A DNA stretch of 64,000 nt from the NCBI GenBank assembly GCA_964362665.1, contig CAYIFB010000005.1, forward strand, positions 2,556 through 66,555, read 5' to 3'. Below the pieces are notes generated by a model that saw only the letters and a program-made list of their open reading frames with translations, made no database searches and was not told where the DNA came from. The position numbers were made by a program, and so were the translations under genes. This document shows, in pieces, positions 31,050 to 39,837 of this stretch; position 1 is the stretch's first letter, and each line of letters starts with the position of its first letter. The DNA comes from an uncultured Gammaproteobacteria bacterium (lineage in GTDB: Bacteria > Patescibacteriota > Microgenomatia > 2-02-FULL-39-11).

Positions 31050-32009
31050 ATGACGAAACATAATTTATTAGTACTTTATCATAATCTTCTGAGGATCCGC
31101 TTAGTTGAAGAGGAAATTGCCCGAAAATACAAAGAGCAGGAAATGCGCTGTCCCGTGCATTTGTGTATCGGTCAGGAGGCAGTAGCTGCAGGAGTCAGTT
31201 TTTTACTTCATAAAGAGGATATTGTTTTTTCCGGACACCGGTCTCACGGCCATTATCTGGCTAAGGGAGGCAGTCTTCGCAGGATGATCGCAGAAATTTA
31301 TGGCAAACAAACGGGTTGTTCACTGGGTCGCGGCGGCTCACAGCATTTGATTGATCTTCAGGCAAACTTTTACGGGGCAAATCCGATTGTGGCCGAAACT
31401 ATACCTGTCGCAGTAGGAACCGGCTTAGCGCAAATTTACCAAAAGACAGGAAATATCGTCACAGTCTACTTTGGAGACGCAGCTACAGAAGAAGGAGCGA
31501 CCTATGAAAGTTTGAATTACGCCTCCTTAAAAAATTTACCTGTGTTATTTATTTGCGAAAATAATCTATATTCAATCTCGACTCATATCCGGGAGCGCCA
31601 ACCCAAACGTAATATTTATATAATTGCAGAGGCCGCAGGGATAAAAGCTTATTCTGGAGACGGCATGGATATTTTAAAGGTTTTGGAGTTAACTAAAAAA
31701 GCGCTGAGTTACATGCGAAAGACTCAAAAGCCGGTTTTTATCGAATTTTCAACCTACAGATTTTTGGAGCACGTCGGTCCGAATCCTGATCCTACCGGAT
31801 CCCGTCCTGAAAAAGAAAAGAACTATTGGCGAAAAAAATGTCCGGTAAAACAATTTGAAAAATACTTGTTGGAACAAAAAATACTCAATCTCGATTTAAA
31901 AGCTAAAATCTTCACCGAAATAAATGACGAAATAAAAGATGCCTTTCGCTTCGCCAAAGAAAGTCCATATCCGGAGGGGAATTTAGAGGAGAAACAAGCT
32001 TATGGTTAA
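31050..32009 (+). CDS. ThDP-dependent dehydrogenase E1 alpha-like subunit
   Basis: HLCIGQEA, HRSHGHYL, GDAATEEG...ENN. Confidence 0.9.
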   Translation: MTKHNLLVLYHNLLRIRLVEEEIARKYKEQEMRCPVHLCIGQEAVAAGVSFLLHKEDIVFSGHRSHGHYLAKGGSLRRMIAEIYGKQTGCSLGRGGSQHLIDLQANFYGANPIVAETIPVAVGTGLAQIYQKTGNIVTVYFGDAATEEGATYESLNYASLKNLPVLFICENNLYSISTHIRERQPKRNIYIIAEAAGIKAYSGDGMDILKVLELTKKALSYMRKTQKPVFIEFSTYRFLEHVGPNPDPTGSRPEKEKNYWRKKCPVKQFEKYLLEQKILNLDLKAKIFTEINDEIKDAFRFAKESPYPEGNLEEKQAYG

Positions 32010-33090
32010 TCATTCGAAAAAAAGGATTATTCCCTATGCGCAGGCGATTAACGAGGCGCTTCGACAATGCCTTGATAAATATCCGGAAGTTTTTCTTGTA
32101 GGTGAAGGGGTGCCGGATCCGAGTGGTATTTTTGGCACCACACTTAATCTTCAAGATAAATACGGCAGAGAACGGGTGATGGATATGCCTGTCTCAGAAA
32201 ATGGACTGACCGGAATCTGTATTGGCGCAGCCATATCGGGATTAAGGCCGATAATGACCCATCAGAGAATTGATTTTTCGCTTCTATCTTTTGACCAGAT
32301 AGTCAATTGCGCAGCTAAATGGTTTTATATGTTCGGGGGGAAGAGGTCTGTGCCTCTGGTGATCCGGATGATTATCGGACGCGGTTGGGGACAGGGAGCA
32401 CAACACTCACAAAGCCTGCAATCATTATATGCCCATATACCGGGACTTAAAGTCGTCATGCCCACATTTCCCGTAGACGCTAAGGGTATGCTGATTAGTG
32501 CAGTCAAAGATAATAATCCGGTGATTTTTATCGAACACAGATGGCTCCACCCGCTGACGGGCGATGTGCCGGAAGGGTATTATGAGGCAGACTTAAATCA
32601 AGCCGCGGTTATAAAACGAGGCAGTGATGTGACAATAATTTGCGTCTCTTACATGACGATTGAGGGATTGAAAGCAGCCCGGATTTTAAAAAAAGAAAAT
32701 ATCAATGCGGAAATCATAGATTTACGATCACTTAAGCCAATTGATATGAAAACCATTATTAAATCCCTTAAAAAAACAGGCAGAGTTGTTATTGCCGATA
32801 CAGGGGTAAAGTATCTCGGGATTGGAGCCGAAATATTGGCAGAGATTCTGGAGTATGATAGAAATATATTAAAGGCGGGTCCAATTCGCTTATCTTTGCC
32901 TGATTTGCCGACTCCAACCAGTTTTCGGCTGGCGGAGAATTATTATCCGACTTATAAAACCATCGTTTCGAAAATTATGAAGATGTTTGGCAAAAGCGAT
33001 GGGCATACTAATAAAATAATTAGTAGTTTAAAATCAAAAGAAGAAGTATTTTCTGATGTTCCCGATAAAAGCTTTACCGGACCTTTTTAA
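32002..33090 (+). CDS. ThDP-dependent dehydrogenase E1 beta-like subunit
   Basis: DMPVSE, GLRP, GAQHSQS, DLRSLKP. Confidence 0.9.
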   Translation: MVNHSKKRIIPYAQAINEALRQCLDKYPEVFLVGEGVPDPSGIFGTTLNLQDKYGRERVMDMPVSENGLTGICIGAAISGLRPIMTHQRIDFSLLSFDQIVNCAAKWFYMFGGKRSVPLVIRMIIGRGWGQGAQHSQSLQSLYAHIPGLKVVMPTFPVDAKGMLISAVKDNNPVIFIEHRWLHPLTGDVPEGYYEADLNQAAVIKRGSDVTIICVSYMTIEGLKAARILKKENINAEIIDLRSLKPIDMKTIIKSLKKTGRVVIADTGVKYLGIGAEILAEILEYDRNILKAGPIRLSLPDLPTPTSFRLAENYYPTYKTIVSKIMKMFGKSDGHTNKIISSLKSKEEVFSDVPDKSFTGPF

Positions 33091-33096
33091 TAAAAA

Positions 33097-34104
33097 ATGA
33101 CATCATTTTACCAAAATAAAAATATTCTGATTACAGGAGGCTTAGGATTTATCGGCAGCAATCTGGCGATTGCACTCGCAGCAAAAAAAGCCAACGTTCT
33201 GATTATTGACGCCTTGATAAATGGTTATGGCGGAAATTTATTTAACATAGAACCGGTGAAAAAGAACATTAAGGTAGAAATTGTTGATATCAGAGAGACC
33301 AAAAGAATGGATAAATTAGTTTGTCATCAGGATATTATATTTAATCTGGCCGGTACTCTGTCTCATGTTGACAGTATGAAAGATCCTTTGACTGATCTTG
33401 ATATCAATTGCCGGGCACAATTGTCACTTCTTGAGTCTGTCCGCAAATATAATCCAAATACGAAAATTATTTTTGCCGGTACCCGTAATCAGTATGGAAA
33501 AGCTAAATATCTTCCTGTTGATGAAGGTCATCCGCAGGAGCCAACTGACATAAATGGAATAAACTGCATTGCTGCTGAGAAATACCACCTGATGTATACC
33601 AAGGTATATGGCATTAAGACGATGTCACTGCGCATGACTAACACATTCGGCCCGCGTCATCAGATGAAACACAGCCGGCAGGGAGTCTTGAATTGGTTTA
33701 TCCGAAAAATTATAGAAGGAGAAGAGGTGGTGCTATATGGCAAAGGTAAACAGATAAGAGATGTCAATTATGTGGACGATGTAGTTTCAGCATTATTAAA
33801 GGCCGGCCAAAGCAGCAAGGGGTGGGGAGAGGCATATAACTTGGGCGGAACACCTGTTTCTCTCTTGGATTTCGTGAAGAAAACTATCGAGATTGTTAAA
33901 TCGCTCCAAAACGAGGTGCAACCTCGTATGCGGATTGTTATGAAGCAATTTCCAGCTGACAGAAAACAGATTGAGGTGGGAGATTATATTGCCTCAACTG
34001 AAAAGATAAAGAGAGTTTTCGGCTGGCGCCCTATGATATCTCTGGAAGAAGGCATCAAAAGGACTTTGGATTATTATAAAAAATACAAAGAAATTTACTT
34101 TTGA
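33097..34104 (+). CDS. NAD-dependent NDP-sugar epimerase/dehydratase
   Basis: TGGLGFIGSNL, RMTNTFGPR, RDVNYVDD; the YxxxK position reads NGINC. Confidence 0.85.
   Translation: MTSFYQNKNILITGGLGFIGSNLAIALAAKKANVLIIDALINGYGGNLFNIEPVKKNIKVEIVDIRETKRMDKLVCHQDIIFNLAGTLSHVDSMKDPLTDLDINCRAQLSLLESVRKYNPNTKIIFAGTRNQYGKAKYLPVDEGHPQEPTDINGINCIAAEKYHLMYTKVYGIKTMSLRMTNTFGPRHQMKHSRQGVLNWFIRKIIEGEEVVLYGKGKQIRDVNYVDDVVSALLKAGQSSKGWGEAYNLGGTPVSLLDFVKKTIEIVKSLQNEVQPRMRIVMKQFPADRKQIEVGDYIASTEKIKRVFGWRPMISLEEGIKRTLDYYKKYKEIYF
33911..33927. repeat. Family E hairpin, in frame in the epimerase gene
   Basis: ACGAGGTGCAACCTCGT (stem ACGAGGT/ACCTCGT) shares ACGAGGTGCAACCTC with 11823-11837; encodes NEVQPR. Confidence 0.7.
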
Positions 34105-34124
34105 ACAAATGGGAATCTATTAGA

Positions 34125-34274
34125 AGTTTCGCGTTATTCAATTTCGGGTCCTGCCGTTCGCGTATCCCAAGATTCGTTTCTGAACGCTTGAGAAATAGAA
34201 TTAAAGCTAATAGAAACTCATCTTGGGAGCCTTCACTCGCGTCACCCGTTAATGATTAAGGAATACGCGAAACT
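34125..34274. mobile_element. Family B copy 3 (34145-34248) in an outer AGTTTCGCGT/ACGCGAAACT inverted repeat
   Basis: CGGGTCCTGCCG...CTCGCGTCACCCG with a different internal stem TCCCAAGAT/ATCTTGGGA; the outer arm encodes VSRI near the C-terminus of 34256..35626. Confidence 0.82.
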
Positions 34275-35626
34275 CGTAAGTATGTCCAAATTTGCCCGCA
34301 TGAATAGAAAATAAATAAATACAATAGAGGTTGAACTACTACAATAAGTCTTCCAAACTCTTCATAAGAAAAGAACACTGATAAGACTATTTGATAAAAA
34401 GAGATCATTCCGGCAAGAAAAAAGACCGCAAACTTGAGATTATTTCTCTTCTTAAAAAATAAAAATATACTCACAATGAAGATAGGAATGAAAATAAGCG
34501 TCAGATATTGAACTGTTTTGTAAATTTCATAAAGATAGCGGTAAACAAAATTAGCCAGTCCGACCGGGGGAATAACAGTTTTGATAAATTCACTCTTTTC
34601 CAGCATGGCAGACGGAATTTGACTGATAGAGCGGGTGAAAAAGCCGGTCAAATTAGAGGAAATGACCTTTGCGTTAAATCCTGAAAGACTATTTAATTTT
34701 TCGGTGTGACTATAAATCAGCGGATCATAATACTCTAAAAATGTATAAGGCATCGGAGGAAATTTTTTTTGCCGATAATCGGAAAGAGTTTCGTAAAAAT
34801 ACCGGAATTTTTTGGCATTTGTGATGGGTAAATTAAATTGCATTATTTTCCCGAGTAAATTTATATCAGTAATATGATTTATTCCCAGATATTTTCGCTG
34901 CACGAAGTTATATCTGACATAAGCCAATGGTAAAACAAGATATATTATCAGGAAAATAATAGCGAAACGAATTTTAGCCCGTTGATATTTATGGAGACAA
35001 TATATTAATAGAATTAGAAAAGGTAAACCTAAATAGATTGGTTTTAAGAGAATAAGCAGCGCCGAACAGAGAATAAGCAATAATTTATACGGAAAAGTTT
35101 TATAGGTTAACAGATTGACAGAAATATAAAAAATTAAAATCAGCAAGAATATCGTCAAGGATTCCGTGAGTAGAATTTTTTCCCAGGAAAAAATCATAAT
35201 ATTGCCGGATAAGAAAAGAGAACAAAGCAAAGCTTTTTGAGGATTAACTTTTATCTTTATCAGCGTAAAATAGATTAATAGAATGCTTAAAATGCCAAAA
35301 ATAGTTTGGAGAGAGGTAACAAGATAAGCACCGTTGTAAAATTCCGCTGATTTATATATAGGATTAAAATTTCCAGACAAGCTCATACCAAAATGTAAAT
35401 ATATAAGATAAAGCGGTGTCCTCTCGTCATTGAAGACCATGTTCAATATTTTGCCGTCAGTAAGTTTTCTTTCCAGTTTGTAATATCCGTCAGTATCGGC
35501 AGTTGTCACAGCTGAATGCGCGAAGAATAATGGTAAACGGATTACAAGAGATGCTAAAATAATAATCAAAAGATGATGGGTGAATTTCACTCCTTTTGGC
35601 ATTTTTTGAAATATTGTAAGATACAC
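34256..35626 (-). CDS. ArnT/PMT-like membrane glycosyltransferase
   Basis: DTDGY, RTPLY, LLTESL, LKP motifs; polytopic. Confidence 0.7.
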   Translation of the reverse strand: MYLTIFQKMPKGVKFTHHLLIIILASLVIRLPLFFAHSAVTTADTDGYYKLERKLTDGKILNMVFNDERTPLYLIYLHFGMSLSGNFNPIYKSAEFYNGAYLVTSLQTIFGILSILLIYFTLIKIKVNPQKALLCSLFLSGNIMIFSWEKILLTESLTIFLLILIFYISVNLLTYKTFPYKLLLILCSALLILLKPIYLGLPFLILLIYCLHKYQRAKIRFAIIFLIIYLVLPLAYVRYNFVQRKYLGINHITDINLLGKIMQFNLPITNAKKFRYFYETLSDYRQKKFPPMPYTFLEYYDPLIYSHTEKLNSLSGFNAKVISSNLTGFFTRSISQIPSAMLEKSEFIKTVIPPVGLANFVYRYLYEIYKTVQYLTLIFIPIFIVSIFLFFKKRNNLKFAVFFLAGMISFYQIVLSVFFSYEEFGRLIVVVQPLLYLFIFYSCGQIWTYLRVSRIP

Positions 35627-35647
35627 TCATTCTAACAATGATTTAAT

Positions 35648-36802
35648 ATGATTCCAAGTTTTGATATTAAAAGACAAAATAAAACATTAAACCGTGAATT
35701 AAACAGGTCTATTCAAGAAGTATTAGACCGGGGTATCTTTATTTTAGGAGAGAAGGTGGAAGAATTTGAAGACAATTTTGCCTCATATCTCGGGGTAAAA
35801 TATGCAGTCGGGGTAGGGAGTGGGACTGATGCCCTGTCTTTAGCTCTTATTGCAATTGGAATTAAACCGGGAGATGAAGTGATTATGCCGGTAAATGCTT
35901 ACCCCACGGCTTTTGCAGTTACCGCGATTGGTGCCCTCCCCGTCCTTATCGATATTGATCCAGCTACCTTTAACATTAATCCTGATCTCATTGAACAGGC
36001 AATCACCAAGAGAACTCGTGCCATTCTCCCAGTCCACCTCTACGGACTCCCTTGTGATATGAATTCCATCATGAGGATTGCCAAAAAGCACAATCTGAAA
36101 GTCATAGAAGACTGTGCACAGGCACATGGGGCCACGCTGAGCGTGGCTATACCCGCGCTGAGCGCGGGGGCAGAGATTCGTTCACTTTCAACTGGTACTG
36201 ATTTAAATTGGAAAAAAGTGGGCAGCATTGGCGACGCGGGGTGTTTTTCGTTTTATCCGACAAAAAACTTGGGATGTTTTGGTGACGGGGGAATGGTGGT
36301 GACGAATAATAAAGAAATTTACGATAAAGTAAAGCTGCTCAGGATGTATGGGGAAAAGACACGATATAAAAGCGTAATACTCGGGCGAAACAGCAGACTG
36401 GACGAATTGCAGGCGGCAATCTTGTTGGTTAAACTTAAATATTTGGATAAATGGAATAAAAGGAGAAGGGAAATAGCTGAGTTGTATTTATCTCATATAG
36501 CCGGCCCCGCCGAGTCTACTGCCGTAGACTCTTTCTTTCACGTTTATCACTTATTTGTTATCCGGACAAAGAAACGAGACCAATTAAAAAAGCATCTGGA
36601 GGAAAAAGGAATACAAACCGCGGTTCATTACCCAACCCCAGTTCATCTGCAGGAGTCTTTCCGGTTTTTAGGATACAAAAAAGGAGATTTTCCTGTGGCA
36701 GAAAAGTTGGCCGATGAGATTTTGTCCATACCCATGTTTCCTGAATTAACCGAGTCGGAACTTATGGCGGTAGTTTCAGGAATAAATTCTTTCTTCGTAT
36801 GA
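35648..36802 (+). CDS. DegT/DnrJ/EryC1/StrS sugar aminotransferase 1
   Basis: SGTDAL, PVHLYG, EDCAQAHG, FSFYPTKNLG, NSRLDELQAA. Confidence 0.93.
   Translation: MIPSFDIKRQNKTLNRELNRSIQEVLDRGIFILGEKVEEFEDNFASYLGVKYAVGVGSGTDALSLALIAIGIKPGDEVIMPVNAYPTAFAVTAIGALPVLIDIDPATFNINPDLIEQAITKRTRAILPVHLYGLPCDMNSIMRIAKKHNLKVIEDCAQAHGATLSVAIPALSAGAEIRSLSTGTDLNWKKVGSIGDAGCFSFYPTKNLGCFGDGGMVVTNNKEIYDKVKLLRMYGEKTRYKSVILGRNSRLDELQAAILLVKLKYLDKWNKRRREIAELYLSHIAGPAESTAVDSFFHVYHLFVIRTKKRDQLKKHLEEKGIQTAVHYPTPVHLQESFRFLGYKKGDFPVAEKLADEILSIPMFPELTESELMAVVSGINSFFV
36131..36168. repeat. Twin hairpins (family G), in frame in DegT1
   Basis: GCCACGC-tga-GCGTGGC and CCCGCGC-tga-GCGCGGG; encode ATLSVAIPALSAG. Confidence 0.85.
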
Positions 36803-37389
36803 TCAGAGAGTTGCAAGCTGAAGACATAAAACAAGTGGTACAAATACATCTAAGTCAACTGCCGGGTTTTTTATCCCTGCTTGGTAAAGAGCTTTTAACC
36901 AGGTATTATCAGGTAAGTTTAGATACCCCGGAGATGTTTACTCTAGTCGAAAAACAGGATGAACAAATACATGGGTTTACTACCGGAGCGGTGAAGCTGA
37001 AGGGTTTGACAATCAGAATATTATTTAAGGATGTATTAGGTTTCGTTCGCATATTTATGAACATTTTATTTACTCACCCAATTTTACTTTTAGGATCCGT
37101 AAAAACTCTGACTTACCCGGGCTTTAGTCAAGACGTCCCAGAGTTATTAACTATAGCGGTCCAAAAGAATTTTCAAAATAGAGGAATCGGTAAAAAATTA
37201 TTTCAGGCAATCAAAAATAAATTTCAGAAAAGGGGTATCAAATATTTTCAGGTCAGCATGTATGCCAAATTATCTGCAGGCAAATTTTATGAAAAAATGG
37301 GATGCCGTTTAACAAAAAATTTTTCTTTTCAGGGGCAAATCATGAGTTATTATATGTGTAAGGTAAATGAGCGAGGATTAAATAATTAA
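36799..37389 (+). CDS. GNAT N-acyltransferase
   Basis: IAV...QNRGIGKKL, FYEKMG. Confidence 0.85.
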   Translation: MIRELQAEDIKQVVQIHLSQLPGFLSLLGKELLTRYYQVSLDTPEMFTLVEKQDEQIHGFTTGAVKLKGLTIRILFKDVLGFVRIFMNILFTHPILLLGSVKTLTYPGFSQDVPELLTIAVQKNFQNRGIGKKLFQAIKNKFQKRGIKYFQVSMYAKLSAGKFYEKMGCRLTKNFSFQGQIMSYYMCKVNERGLNN

Positions 37390-37391
37390 CA

Positions 37392-37426
37392 CGCTCATCC
37401 TGAGCGATCGTAGAGAGTCGAAGGAT
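37392..37426. repeat. Family D element, intergenic
   Basis: CGCTCATCCTGAGCG...GTCGAAGGAT. Confidence 0.75.
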
Positions 37427-37428
37427 TA

Positions 37429-39171
37429 ATGATTAAAAAAATAAGCACCCATAAATTAACTCTTACTTTATACACAGTTCTTCTGATAATTTTAGCCTAC
37501 CTTCTGAATTGGCATTTTAGGCTGGCACTGACAAGATATTTTGACGTTGATGAATTTGCTCATTTGCACTGGGGTTACAATCTTTGGTCGGGAAAGTATC
37601 CATTCAGAGATTTTTTCTATATATTCCCCCCGTTTTTTTTATATACCATAGCCGCGATTATACAATTTTTCGGCCGAAGCGTGGCTTCACTTATTATGGC
37701 CAGAGTGGTGATTTTTATGGCTTTTTGCGCAATCGCTTTGATGACGTTTTTCATAGCCCGTAAATTAAGCAATACTTTGACAGCCCTCATTTCTGTCATT
37801 ATTTTAAGCATACTTCCGATTCCCGGGGATAAAATGCTGGAAATCCGGCCGGATAATATTGCTTTGTTTCTTTCTCTCTCAGCATTTTATGTCTTTATTC
37901 TGGCTCATGAAAAAAAGTCCCGGATCATGTTTTTTCTGTCCGGCTTATTTTTCAGTGTAAGTCTTGGTTTTGTTCCAAAGACAATATTCTTTCTCATTCC
38001 TCCGGTGGTAATTTTGATTTATGATTTTTTAACACTATCAGGAAACCATAATTTTAACGATTTGAAGCACTATTTTCTGCCATTTTTTACAGGGATAATC
38101 ATACCGGCAATTGCGGTTATTTTGCTTTTTATTTATTATCAGAAACCCATCTTAGCCATTCAGAGCATCACGAGTATTTCAGCTGCAATTACTACCTTAC
38201 TTGGGGTTAAATTTTATATGAGACCGGATATTTTTTTATATCCGAATGACACCTATTATGGATTAAACGGATATAGTTCCGGTTATCTCCTTAATCTTCT
38301 CTTATATTTTTCAGCCAGCATCTTTGCCGTTTTTTTTACACTGTCATCTTTGAGCCACAAAACCCATGAGAAATGCGTGAGAGAGTTTATGACAGGGGCA
38401 ACTTTTTTTCTTAGCCTTTATGCGTTTGTCTATATCTTTCCTTTAAAACATGCCCAATATCTTATTCCGCTTACTCCTTTTATCTCCATCTTTTTCGCAA
38501 TGTTTTTTACCAAACTTATACAGCATAGATATTTGATCAGATATAAGTCTTGGATAATTATGGCAGTCTTAATCTATTTTTGTCTGATTGCCAAAGACAT
38601 GTTTATACCTAAATCGAGATGGACGAATCAGGCGACTTTAGATGAAGTAGAGAATGTCCTGACTGCAATTCCCAAAAATGAAAAGATTTTCGATCTAACC
38701 GGCGAGAGCGTATTTTTTCCGGATGGTTATTACTTCTGTTGTCTGCCTTACGGACAGTATGATGAAGGAATTCCTTTTCAGCTGCCAAGTTTGGAAAAAT
38801 CCTTAAGGGACAATCAAGTGCATTTTGTACACGTTGGGGAAGAAAACAGGCTGGGCGTAATACCTATTTATCAGCAAAAAATTGTTGAGACCTATTATGT
38901 GAAGGATAAATTGGGGATGATGATAGCCGGAAAAAAACTGGATTTTGAACAGGGAAACATCAGCCACAACTTTGAGATAATCGCCGGCGGAAACTATACA
39001 ATTTTTTGGAATGGCGCTCTGAAAGTTAATGGAACGGATACAGTGGTGAGATTGGATGAAAAGGAAGTAAATTCCGAAAATGTATATTTATCATCAGGTA
39101 AGCACAAAATTACAGCGTCTCAAAAGGGTGAATTGATTTTAAAATATATATTTTTCCGCCAAGGCCTCTAA
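37429..39171 (+). CDS. ArnT/PMT-like GT-C glycosyltransferase
   Basis: DVDEFAHLH, PFRDFF..FPP, EIRPD, QYLIPL. Confidence 0.75.
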   Translation: MIKKISTHKLTLTLYTVLLIILAYLLNWHFRLALTRYFDVDEFAHLHWGYNLWSGKYPFRDFFYIFPPFFLYTIAAIIQFFGRSVASLIMARVVIFMAFCAIALMTFFIARKLSNTLTALISVIILSILPIPGDKMLEIRPDNIALFLSLSAFYVFILAHEKKSRIMFFLSGLFFSVSLGFVPKTIFFLIPPVVILIYDFLTLSGNHNFNDLKHYFLPFFTGIIIPAIAVILLFIYYQKPILAIQSITSISAAITTLLGVKFYMRPDIFLYPNDTYYGLNGYSSGYLLNLLLYFSASIFAVFFTLSSLSHKTHEKCVREFMTGATFFLSLYAFVYIFPLKHAQYLIPLTPFISIFFAMFFTKLIQHRYLIRYKSWIIMAVLIYFCLIAKDMFIPKSRWTNQATLDEVENVLTAIPKNEKIFDLTGESVFFPDGYYFCCLPYGQYDEGIPFQLPSLEKSLRDNQVHFVHVGEENRLGVIPIYQQKIVETYYVKDKLGMMIAGKKLDFEQGNISHNFEIIAGGNYTIFWNGALKVNGTDTVVRLDEKEVNSENVYLSSGKHKITASQKGELILKYIFFRQGL

Positions 39172-39837
39172 AATATATTTAATTCCTTCAATCAGGATAT
39201 TGAATTTCGACCTGCGGGTTGTACCGGTATACCGGACGGGGACAGAGGTAATTTTCAGATGTCTATTCATGCTCCATATTGCCAGCTGTGTCTGGAAAAA
39301 AATACTTTGGGCGTTACACGAGGCGAGTAATGGTAAAATTTTAGCCCGCTTCATAAAGATTGTTCCCTGGGTGTCTGAAATAGTGAGCCCAAAAAATATT
39401 TTTGTAAGGTATGAGTGAAGGTAAGTTGCAGTTTTACGGAATAAACCGATTTGATAATGGGATTTTGAGTGTGTTTTTGAGCCGTAGATAAGATCAAATT
39501 CAGAGGAAAGTGCGAGCATTTGTTTCAAATCTTCAAAGCGGAAGGGATTATCAAGCCCGTTGAGATAAACATACGGAAATTTGGCTTTTTGAATCCCTTT
39601 TTTTAAAGCTGTACCGATATTGGTGGAATTTAGATAAGTAATTTGGGAGAATTTTCTGCACAACTTTTGGCAAAGTAAAAGAGTATTATCAGAACTTCCA
39701 TTTTCGCAAAGGATAATTTCAAAACTCCTGATATTATTTTCACGAGACAAATAATCGAGAAATTGCAGAATGGCTTTTTCCAGCAGTGACTCTTCATTTT
39801 TTACAGGTATGACAAGAGACAAATCAATTTTTCTCAT
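39139..39837 (-). CDS. GT2 glycosyltransferase (DPM1-like)
   Basis: SLVIPVKNEE, CENGSSD, DTQG. Confidence 0.85.
   Translation of the reverse strand: MRKIDLSLVIPVKNEESLLEKAILQFLDYLSRENNIRSFEIILCENGSSDNTLLLCQKLCRKFSQITYLNSTNIGTALKKGIQKAKFPYVYLNGLDNPFRFEDLKQMLALSSEFDLIYGSKTHSKSHYQIGLFRKTATYLHSYLTKIFFGLTISDTQGTIFMKRAKILPLLASCNAQSIFFQTQLAIWSMNRHLKITSVPVRYTGTTRRSKFNILIEGIKYILEALAEKYIF

Noticed and set aside
31050-33090. Housekeeping pdhA/pdhB symbols
   Set aside because: No E2/E3 genes nearby and the pair is embedded in an NDP-sugar operon, so symbols were withheld.
16961-34274. CRISPR array or integron attC cassette array
   Set aside because: Repeats are dispersed, not regularly spaced, and there is no cas or intI gene. 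The GTTAAAC in B1/B2 lies in the loop rather than at the ends as attC core sites require.
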